A DNA stretch of 41,781 nt, taken from the NCBI GenBank assembly GCA_026025075.1, contig JAPEUI010000012.1, positions 186,001 to 227,781 of the forward strand. Direction: 5' to 3'. The stretch is from Vezdaea acicularis. Lineage: Eukaryota. A model generated the notes under the pieces. It searched no databases. It saw only the letters and a list, made by a program, of their open reading frames with translations, and was not told the origin of the DNA. Positions 23,827 to 35,100 of the stretch are shown in pieces; within the stretch, counting starts at the first letter, position 1, and the number at the start of each line of letters is the position of its first letter. Made by a program: the position numbers and the translations under genes.

Positions 23827-26800
23827 AGACATAATCATGAAAAAATACAGTGAAAATTAGACTCTCTCACCTGCAAGATACAAAAATCTAGTGTAAGACG
23901 CATATTGGACATTGAATACGTGAGGATATCTAAAGTAACGGTGAAATCTCCCAATCGAAAAACTTGATAGGCTGGATTGAAGATTAATTGGCCGGATATA
24001 TAGCTCATCGATTCTTCTAGAAGTGCGTTATGTCAAGATATCGGGATGAGATGAGAAACCAATCATGCAATGATTCTTTGAGAATTAATAAGCAATAAGA
24101 GCTCCCGTCGCTACGGTCTTCACTGCAACATTTCTTCGGAGAGGTTTCTTGAATGGCATACGTGGTTCACCGGAGACACGTGGATACCCAGTATATCGCA
24201 ACGTCACTCAGTGAGTTATTCGCATGACGCAACTTACGGCCGCTTGAGCTCCTGTGAAGTTCGTCGACCTGATGGGTCCATGACCAGAGCCGGACTGCGT
24301 TCGTCAACATGCATAGCTCGTGCCGGAGCTGGCCAAGCGTGCTCGAGGATGTTCGAGGGGTTCCCAAAAGCAAAGTGAACCGACGCCACCAACGCCGCGA
24401 GCGATGATCCAAGGGGGCAGGTAAGCCTTGGACACACTCCGGGTCATATCGATAGGAGGCCTTGCTTTTTCCCGCTCTTCCAATTACGGGCCTTGCCGAT
24501 CTTGACGGCGGAGAATAATAAATGCTGCTCCTGACCGCAGAGATTCGCTTATCATCCCCCCTCGGGACTGATATCTACAGTAAAAGAACAAGAACTTGAC
24601 AGGAACCCGAAGATGACTTGACCAGCTCCCCACAGCAAGCTTCACTTTGCAGCATCCGGAAAAAGCCGCGCCAATCGATATCGAAGCGCCTTCGTGTATT
24701 CGTCATTAGGCAATGGCAGCTGTTTGCGGCGCCCCCGATAACCAGCCGCAAGCCCACGGTTGTGCAGCTTCCCCACGTTATTCCGCTTTGGTGCCGCGCC
24801 TTTGCAGCCTCCCCTTTCAGAATCTATTCACCGCTTCTCTTGTCCCCGTCGTTACGTGCGCGACACCGCCAATGCTAGCTAAAAAGCACTTCTTGGCCCA
24901 TCCCTCGCCGTCCCATCAATTCCCGCAGAGTAGTAGCTTGAGCCGCGGTCGTAGGCGACGAGGCACGTCTCAGAGAGTGGGGGGGAGGGAAGGGGCGGGG
25001 TCCGCCAGGTCAAATCCGTGTCAAGTGCTGCTCAACCCAGGTGAAAAGTGAGACTGTATCAACCATCAAATGTGGGCGAACGAAGTAACGTGGGGGCTAT
25101 CCGTGGCGGAAGAGATATTTCGTGCGCCTCTCACCCAAACCCTACGCTCCCATAGTATCACCTGCCATACGCAGCAAGACACGCGTTGCGTCGCCCCGAC
25201 GGCTGCTGACATAGAAACGCCCCGACTTGAAGGTAAGTGAACGGTCGAATGCACAGAGCACAAAGTCGAAGGTTGTTCGTAAGGCGCCAAGGTTCGCCGG
25301 GTGGCCCCCTCCGCCCGTATGCTCGGACCCTTAGAACGTGACTGCTTTTTTGCGGCTCGCGTGGAGTGGGTCAAACGAGAAGATGATATCGTAAAGCTGT
25401 GCCATGGCAGCGGCCGACTCGAATGTCATCTTACGGCGTCGAGTCACTGCGACATACGTCCCCATCGGCTCTGGCGCATGCGCTTCATCCATTCCGTGCA
25501 CGGGCATGCGCCGGTTTGTGCCATCGAGGGATCCATGATGCATGTAAGGATTGCCGTGGTGGGAAGGGTGAGAAGTCCGAATTTTACCATCCTACCCAGT
25601 GAAAGGTAGCTTGCTCCCCATCAAGCTCCCGAACAGATGTTCTGCGTTTCCTAGGGCGATACTCTTGTCAATTCTAATGTGAATTGGCTGAGAACGCAGC
25701 AAACAGGCCACTGTTATGGAGCTGTAGCACGAGAATCGCACAGGCGAGCAAATTCTTTGATTCGATATGTACTTGATCGAGTACATCGTGCTTCCCGTCT
25801 CCCTTGCACCGCGTCATTGCGCTCCACATCTGCTCCAAATACGGCTATGGTGCGTTTCTTTTACCTAATTGTCCCTCCTGGTCTCGTGCTCCGGGTGTCT
25901 CGTTCCGTGCATGACTGGAGGCGACAAGGCTGGTAACGTTCCGACCGCTCGGTGCATTCGGCGAAGGGCTTGGTGCCATGGCCTAGGGCTTCCCCGCATT
26001 ATTTTGGTCGGGCCCTGCAGCACCTCCAGGAGCCCATCCCCAGGGATCGACGCCGACCTTAGTGCCTCTGTCCAATGCCCGCACCCGCTCCCCCTTCTGG
26101 GTTCCGCTCTACGCTTGGGAGAAATACTCCCTCTAGTCGCGCCTTTACAAAGAGACACCACAGCTGGCCTCCAATGGAAAACGACGCGAGTGGGGCCCGG
26201 AGCGCACGGACGGAAACCCGGTGGACGTGACCCGGGCAGCGAGAGGAATCCTTCGGCATCAGCCAGATGGGACTACGACCTTGCGCGCCTGTGCCCCGCC
26301 GCGTCTGCCGCACGGCGAACGCGAGGGTCGGATCGTATGACGGTTGAACGCTCCGTCGAGTACCAGTCGATGCGACCAGCACGAGTGTGCCCATCACGCC
26401 CTGGAATTACGCTGATGCTGTGGCGCCTTGGTAAGGGCGGAGAGAGGGAGAGGGGGGACGAGAAGAAGGAGGGGGGGCAGAAGGGAAAGTGCGATATAAG
26501 TAGGGCATCTTAAGGCCCGCTCAATTCGCTCAATCAGTCTACTATATCCGAGCACGCAAGAACGCAAGAAGAACATCGCATATCGCCAGCGAACCGTGGA
26601 CAGCAACTCAGTGGGCGAGCGTGGACCAGACACTAGAACGTACAACACAAGCGTTGCGACCGAGCGACCGTCCACCGTTCCCCGTCCACCGCTTTCGCCT
26701 GCGATCGAGCCTCTTGGAGCTTGACGTGACCAACTACAACATGGTCCGTTGACTTTTCTGCTTTTTCCGCTGCCGCTGGACTTTTGGGACCAGCAGCTTG

Positions 26801-26944
26801 CATATTTCAGTCATCCGCCTGCCCTTGTCTCTCAGGCCCTTGGGGTGCTGCTACGACGAAGACGCGGAATCATTTCTTCATCACATCGCCAGCGCTTCAG
26901 ACGAAGGGTTGAGGATCATCAAGCAGCAGCGCCCGCTGCACGGT

Positions 26945-29293
26945 ATGCCGCCAACCACGAATTTCGCGAGCGCCCTCACTGCCGCCAGCCGAACCCTCCA
27001 TCGCTGGGCTCGCTTTACCCCTCCAAAAGGCTGTATTCGCACCGCGCCCACGACGAGGACCCTCGACGTAGCTCGGCCGTTTACTTGGAACAGCCCTCAC
27101 TCCCGTTCTCGTCAAAGCTCAACATTTTCTTTTGCAGAAGGGAGGCGCCAATCACAGCATCGTAGTCATGCGAGCGCAGGGACCACGGGCTCGGTGGTCG
27201 CCCTGGCCTCAATGACGGGCCTGGCGACCTATCTCTACACTACGGACGATCCCCGATTCAATCTCTACGGGACACCAAGGCATCGATTTAATGGAGTCCG
27301 GACGCCCCGTTATGGAAATGCGAGAGACTTGAAGCATGTATGCCGATTTCCAATAACCTCATCCATGGAAGAGAATTGACCGGTTGGCAGGCAATCGCAG
27401 AGATCCGGGCCTTGACCTCTGAAGAAACCATCAGCACCGACGATGAGGACCTTCTTGCTCATGGTTACTCCGAATGGTCCACCACCAACATCGATCAAAT
27501 GCCAGTGGCGGTTGCATATCCAAAGACTACAGTCGAAGTAGCCGACATCGCTAAGATTTGCTACAAATATCGTGTTCCAATGAGTTGGTCTTCCCTTCCT
27601 ATACTTTAAACGATTTCCTGACGTTAAAGGTCTCAGTTCCCTACTCGGGTGGGACAAGCCTGGAGGGTAACTTCTCAGCTCCTTTTGGCGGCATGAGCAT
27701 AGACTTTGTGCACATGGACAAGATCATAGCCCTACACGAAGCAGAGTAAGGCCCCTGGTACGATTCGAAGGCTTTGAAGGCATGCTGATGTTTATGGCCA
27801 TATAGTATGGATGTCGTTGTTCAGCCTGCGGTGTCATGGATGAATCTCAATGAGCAGATCAAAGATTCGGGGCTTTTCTTCCCTGTGGATCCAGGTCCTT
27901 CGGTAAGTCAGGGTGACGTCTCAAGTCGAATTAGTCCTAACGGTAGATAGGCTAAGATAGGAGGGATGGTTGGGACTAGCTGCAGGTTTGTTCGAACGGA
28001 GAAAGCGCAATACGCAAGAGCTTACATTATACTTAGTGGCACTAATGCTGTCCGTTACGGCACCATGAAAGACTGGACTATCAATCTCACAGTAGTATTA
28101 GCCGATGGCACCATTGTAAAGACTAAGAAAAGGCCTAGGTACGATGCTCTGACCCTTTGGAAGATGAGAAATAGAAGGGACTAAAATCCAATTTTAGAAA
28201 ATCATCAGCTGGATACAACTTAACCAGCTTATTTGTAGGCTCGGAAGGCACTTTAGGCTTAGTCACTGAGGTCACCTTGAAATTGGCCGTGATTCCACAG
28301 GAGACGAACGTCGCCGTAGTCACCTTCCCAACCGTCCGAGATGCTGCTACGGCTGCTGCGCAGGTCATGCGTGCCGGCATACAGGTAGCGGCAATGGAGA
28401 TCATGGATGAAGTGCAGATGTATGTGGTGAACAAGTCTGGATCTACGTCTAAGAAATGGAAAGAAGTGCCAACTCTATTTTTCAAGTGAATATACTCTCT
28501 CCGATTCACAAATCCTGGTTACGCTAACGACCCACACCTAGGTTTTCCGGTACAAAAGCAGGTGTGAGTAATGTTGCATACCTAGCATCTCTCGAATCCT
28601 AAAAATTAACGGCCCCTATAGGTCGAGGAGAGTATTAGCACGGTCAAAGCTATCACGAAATGCCACAAGGCCGGAGACTTTGAATTTGCTCGAGACGCAG
28701 AAGAACAGAAAACGCTCTGGTCCGCACGAAAGGAAGCGCTATGGAGCATGCTTGCTTTGAGAGAGAAAGGCTCGGAAGTTTGGTCGACTGACGTAGCAGT
28801 ACCACTGTCGCGGCTCTCGGACATCATTGGTAAGCATTCAGGGAGTGAATGGATTGAAGTAGAGAGTCGTATCTGACAGTCATACCGTGCTCTAGAAATA
28901 TCGAAGAAAGAGATGGACGACTTAGGCCTATTTGCAAGTGTCCTCGGACATATAGGCGATGGCAACTTCCATGAGAGTATCTTATACGATAAGAACAACC
29001 CTAACGAGCGGGATGCCGTCGAGAAATGCGTGCATGATATGGTGGACAGAGCATTAGAAATGGATGGAACTTGCACAGTACGTCGCCGTCGTCCGAAACC
29101 ACCATTCATTTTCATGTGACAAAGGCTTTACTAAACCTCTCCACAGGGCGAACACGGAGTTGGGCTTGGCAAGAAGGAATATCTCCTGAAAGAGCTAGGG
29201 CTTGACACCATCGGCCTAATGATGAGCATCAAGGCAGCGATGGACCCTCGCTGGCTATTGAACCCGGGTAAGATCATGGACATCCCTTCTTAA
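26945..29293 (+). CDS. DLD1: Mitochondrial D-lactate dehydrogenase (cytochrome), FAD-linked oxidase family, about 10 introns
   Basis: Arg/Ser-rich presequence-like N-terminus; PYSGGTSLEGNF, FFPVDPGPS, GTNAVRYGTMKDW, SSAGYNLT..GSEGTLG, GHIGDGNFH, GEHGVGLGKK, LNPGKI. Start codon is tentative. Confidence 0.93.
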
Positions 29294-30101
29294 AATTCGA
29301 GTCCATCAGCATAATGGTGTGCATTGGAGGCGTGCGGGGGTAATACATAGGGGGTACACGGCGGCTTCGTGATTTTCTTGCGTCTCCTTTGAAACGATGT
29401 CACGAGGACGGTAATGACTCTAATGTGGAAAAGCCGACGAATTCAACATGGCAAGGATGAGATTGTTTAGTTGCGACTTAGAAATCTGCATACGAAACTA
29501 TAGATCATCAATGTCAAACTTGATTCCCACCGAAAGGGCTCCGTTTCTATCTTGTCATTGTTAGCCAAATCCTCATCTAGGGTGGGAGAGGCCGAGCTGA
29601 TTACCCCTCGCGCACGGGCTTTCTGTGTGGAGGATGAGGTCTCGTGTGCCTCCTTGGCTCTGTCTCCGGGGCAATATACCTACAGTGCTATGCCATAAGT
29701 CCTCGTCTGGTTTTCGCGAATTTTTCTGTTGCAACTGAAATCTGCCACAAAACAATTCAAAGGTTCCAGGGGTACATTTGCCTAAATCTTGGGAATATTT
29801 CCTTGAACCCCTTTTCAGAACCCAATGAATATTATGCAATGCACTGTACTTGGAACAGATGGATGGTAGACTAGGAGTTAGCCAATATAATCCCTTGGAT
29901 AGATGGGCAATTCTTTTGAAATCGGACGAAGACTTATGACACAGAACTGTATATTGCATCATGGATGCCTTTTGGTCAAGCACTAGTAGGTGAGCGTGGC
30001 GGCAAAAAGCTCTTGGTTGGTGCTCGCTTCCTGCGGTACCAATATATTCTGCCCAAAGCGTAGTTATACAATAATCAATAATCTGGCTAAAATGTTCCCC
30101 C

Positions 30102-31202
30102 CTACCCTGCGATTAAGACCCAAAGTAAAAAGAAGATCATCAAGACTCCGAACATCTTAGCGACCAGCCACCTGTTACCGCTTACTCGACTCCAGTACTT
30201 CATTAGTTCCCTCTGAGCGCCCTGTACATTGTCCACAACGTCTTCTGTATTTGCGTCTATCCTCTGGATCATTTCGCTCTGTTCTGACACCATGCTCGCG
30301 AGCTGGCCAAATATTCCTCCTAGCTCACTGATCGTCCTTTCTATTGCCTCAATCGCTTCCCCCCGTGCATTTATGTACGTATTGGAGGGTTGTCCTTCTT
30401 CCATCAGGAGTAATTGCTGGTCTGCACCCTGCGCTAGTGTAGAAGTTGATGAAGGCTCTAGATTAAGAAGATCTGGGGGTTGTGGAGTTCGGCTTTTCGT
30501 CGGTGTGTATAGAGGCGATGCTGACTGTTGGATGTCCACCCCAGTACTTTGTGAATTCACAGATGACACGAAATTCTCGGTTCGTGATCGCGACGCTTGT
30601 ATGTTCTTCGTTCGAACTTCAAGAACGTCCTTAAAATTGACCGAGACATCGGCCAGCTTTCCTTGTAACAATACCACGACCTTACCATAATTAGTCACTT
30701 GAGTTTGAAATTTCTGACTTGGATCCCCTACTCACATTCTTGTTGTGCTCTCCTTCCTGATCCGCTCGCTGCTGTGATCGGGATAAGGATTGAAGTGAAG
30801 ATATCTGAGAGTTCAGGGAGGAGAGATCCTGTTTGATGATGTAGGTTAATTCTGCGATCTCAACAGGCCGGTCGTCGAAAAGGGTCTTCCGCTTTGCCAC
30901 TTTCCAAGTCAGCTCCAGCTCCAGCGGGAGCATTGGAAAGACCTACGTTGAGCCAATCTTTCTAGCTTGGCCATAGTGCCCGTTATCCCTCTTCCGATCT
31001 CAGCTGCTCTCCGAGCAAATTCTGATCTCCCGCTTCGCTTCTTGCCATTTGCGGCTGGTGAATCATTGGCTTCGTCCCTTTGTGTATCCGATAATAAGGA
31101 TTGTCGCTGTGCACCGACTCTCGACATGCCCTGACGTTTTTGGAGCTGGGTAAGAACCGATCGAAACTCGCCAGTCCGATCCTGAACGGAAGAGGTCGTC
31201 AT
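30102..31202 (-). CDS. SED5: cis-Golgi syntaxin (Qa-SNARE) Sed5
   Basis: N-peptide VQDRTGEF; KRKTLFDDRPVEI; SNARE motif IERTISELGGIFGQLASMVSEQSEMIQRID; C-terminal TM. Introns 30946-30900 and 30735-30681. Confidence 0.96.
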
Positions 31203-32141
31203 ATTGAAGGTTCCGAAATAGTGGTAGGAAAAATGTAGGCGTAGCCCATCAAAGAGGGCAGGGAGGTAGTAAAGATCGACGACGGCGGGACACTCCCCCT
31301 TGTCCGCGACCAAGTACCTTCCTCAGGACTCTATATGTGGTTGTAGCATATCCTCAAAGTGTCGTTAGGTGACTAAGGTGGATTTATAAAGAACCTATAG
31401 ATGTTCGAGTTTCAAGGGAATTTGGACTTGCAAGTATCGACGCCAGCTTACGGGTAATGGACAAGTTTACGAACTGCAGAGACAAATTACGGTCCGCAAG
31501 ACAGACTTCTGCGAAATTTCGGAACTAGCCAGAACAGGCTAAGGTTGGACCCGTCAAATTATTGGGGACCCTACTGCGCAATAAGGCATACCCTTTCAGA
31601 GAGTAGACATAGACAAAACAAACTTTCAAGTGTCACATTTGTCCACACGGACGGAGCCAAGGCGTATTGTCCCAACGAAACATCTCCGCGCGCAACGACA
31701 CCTTGGAGCAAGAACGGCAAAGGAGCGCATCGCATGTGACGCAAGCTCCACAGCCGCTTAAGCCTATTTGGGGCAAGCGATGGACCGAGCTGGCAGACCA
31801 GGGGCGACGCAATCGGGCGGCGAAAGTGCAATCCATGCCAGGGAAATGACAGTTTTCACGTCAACTGCTCTTCATTTACTTGCTATTCACTCCAGCGTAT
31901 CGTCAAGGCCGTCTTCATCGACTGCGGCCTTCTGCTATATCCCCTACGTCTCGAATGACGTTTGTGCGTTCTTGAATACTTGCTCGCATGTTCCTCTGCC
32001 AAGACATCGTGGCTCCCACCTCGCCAACCTCTGGTCTCCCCGTAATACTGTGATGAAGATCGATGCCGTCCATTGCAACGATCGTTGGCGCATCTCATGT
32101 TTATAATTTCGCGAATCGCCTCATCTGGCTAGAAATTTAGA

Positions 32142-35100
32142 ATGTCTTACCAACAGCCGTGGGGTACAGATCGGTCTCCGCTGTGAGTTTATTGTGCCTC
32201 TCCCACTGTAGCAGTGAGCTTACGACAGCCGGGAATAGAAACCCGCCAAAGAACCCCTCAAACAATGGTTCTCTCGTTTCGGCTGGCGATACCTCATTCA
32301 AAACGAACGTGAATCGGAACAAAACCCAGAGATGGGTGCAAGCTCCCTCATATTCTTACGATGGAGATGACTGGGGCGAGGCGGACGAATACAATGAATA
32401 CGGTCCCCAGGAGCCCCACCAGTCGCCGTCACCACTTTCAACGGGACCGCGCAGGGATGTACAGGCTATTGAATCTCCTGCCGGTGTTCCTAAGGGATAC
32501 GGAGCTTTGACAGACCATAATCCTACTTCTGGCGGTGCTCATGTCCGGAATACTACACAGCCGATGATGGCGCGCCCGAACTCATTTGACAAAGGGGATG
32601 ATAAGCGCGCTTACTCCGCTGGTGTGGGTGCTCATCCGGGCACAATGCAGCCTCAAGCTCCTCCGATAAATACTTCTAGGCTCCCTCCTGCAGCGCATAT
32701 ATCGGGGACTAAAACGGTCGACACACCAAAAACCTTGACTCCGGTACAATCCGATGCAAAAACTAGGGCGCCAGGTACTCCAATCCAATTCAATAATGGA
32801 TCACAGGAAGCGTCCAACACAGCCGAACCAACCTCGCAATCTTCAACTAAAGACTCGGCTGAGAGAACGTCCTTTCCAACAAGAGACGCGTCATTAATCG
32901 GACCATCTCATAAATCGTCCCCGAAAGAAAGCCCACTAGTCGAAGGCCGAAATGCCCCGGGCGTGACTGCATCTGCCATAGCGCAGACATCGCAAACTCG
33001 GTCGCCAGCGGGTGCTGCAGATTCCCCAGGTGGTGGGAGATTCCCGCCCCGGAAGAGTAGTCTGAGCCAGGACGTGCCTCCATACGATGTTTCTCAGTCG
33101 GTAGCGCAAGTACAAAATCATCCTTCCCAAGGGTCCGAGGACAGAGCGCGATCCAGCAGCAACCCCTCGAAGCCACTTCAGATCATCCGTCCTTCAGATA
33201 TATACAAGCGAGTGAATGAGGAGAGAGAACGAGAGCGACAATCGTTAGAATCTGTAAGGCCCAGCATGGAAGCTATTACAGGCACTCAATCGACCCAAAT
33301 AGACCATGTGGCTAAGGAACAAGATGTACGTGAGGAGTCGAGCCGAAGAAACTTATCTCCACTTGAGCCTGTCCAGGAGAGAAAGAGCGAGTATGGATTT
33401 GACGGTTTCACTGCGGAAAGACCTCCACCACTCCAGACAAGCTCCAATAACGCTACAACAAGCAGACAGGCAGAGAGTGAGCCTCTATCAGCCAAACCCA
33501 AATTACCTGATGTTCCAAGGCTGTCTGGCTTTGGCGATGACTTCTTCAATCTTGGCTCGTCGACGACCACGAAAATCAATGATCCTATCGATAAAGGCCA
33601 CGAAGGATCTTCAACCATCTCAAACAGTCAAAGAACTCCCCTGCAACATCAGCATTCAAAAGGATTCCGGTCAGTTGTTGAGCAAGCCTTTGACAAAACC
33701 GTTGACGATAAGTCAGTTCCTCCAACCCCTTCGTCTGGCTACCACTCGCAAGTCGAAAGCATAAAGCGGACGGATAGTGAGAGTACGAGTGGGATAAGCC
33801 CGATTATGAGCCGGTTCTCGAGTACTGCTACAGCTGCGACAAAGGCTAGGGATGCCGAGTTGCATAGAACGGCAACACCAGCCATCGCAGAAGAAATCAG
33901 TGACGTACCGGAGTTCTATACGTCTGGAAAAACTCCCTTGAAAAACCCACAATCTGCAGGAATAGCGGCGCGGAAGCCTTCTCCAGCTCCAGCTTCTCAA
34001 AATACATCTTCAGACTCATTGCCCCAGGCCTTCAAGCCAGGCCATCGGCGCGACTTAAGCACACCAAGTCCAAATAACAGCCCTGCCAGATCTCCGGAAC
34101 TTGAGATAAACAAACCACTGGCAGCAGGCCAAGATCCTAAGGTCGCGAAAGTCATAACGGTCGAGGACGGTAAATCGAGCAGTGGAAGTCCAGCACTCTC
34201 CCCAAACGAAAGTGAGGCCCGAGATGCTGCAGGAAGCCTCTCGACTACACATGGAGGACTTGGTCCATCATCTTCCTATTTCAAAGATAGCCCCGCTATT
34301 ACACAAGGGCCTGTCGATAATCTCGCAAGACCAGGCACGGAGAGGCTCGAAAGCTTTAGACCCTTGCTTCCTGGAGGCTGGGTATCCTATGCAACGACGC
34401 CGGAGGGCGCAAATACTCCCAACCCAACCGAATCCGAGAAAGAGAGAGCAACGAGAGGTCTTGAACAGCCAGCCGCTACTTCTGGGACGTTTGTAAAGGA
34501 TGGATCAGTCAAGCCGAACAGTCTAGACCCCACTCATACGATAAATGATTCCCAGTTAGCTAGTCTGGAAGCAGCGCACCGTGACCAACCAATTACACCG
34601 TTGCCGGAGAACCCATACAGCAACACGGGAGTGGATCCTCGTCTTTATTCAACCACGGCATCGACAGTGCGCGCAACGGCTAATGACCAGCCTGAGAGAA
34701 GCGTCTCGGGAGTTTTACACGAGCGAAACCAGCCAAAGAATCCCGCTGTCACTGGTGCTAGTGCTGTCATTCCTCCTGGAGTATTGACGCCCATGACAGA
34801 TCTCGGAGACTCTCGAAAGCCCTCAGTTATCGATGCTAAAATTGGTGGGGACCTTCCCAAATCGGGTCAACCATCATCGTCGGAGAATGTTGGTTCACTC
34901 TCTGCTCGGCCATTGCAGGTGCAGAAGACTATCTCTTCGTCAAGTTCAGTGCCTCCAACGCCGCCGCCTAAAGATACTCCCTTGGCTCTCTCTGGGGCTG
35001 TCCATCCAACCGAATATTTCCCCCCCGCGCAGAATCTCGCCACATCGCAGCAGCAAAGTTCGCGAGCTCCACAGCCAGCCCGAATCAAGCCACAGCTACT

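Noticed and set aside
25869..26513. 214-aa ORF and neighbouring ORFs in the gap upstream of DLD1
   Set aside because: Non-ATG start, Arg/Gly/Pro-rich composition typical of random GC-rich frames, and no domain.
31203..31313. N-terminally extended Sed5 isoform from an upstream in-frame TTG
   Set aside because: A 37-codon open stretch is within chance, and nothing supports non-AUG initiation.
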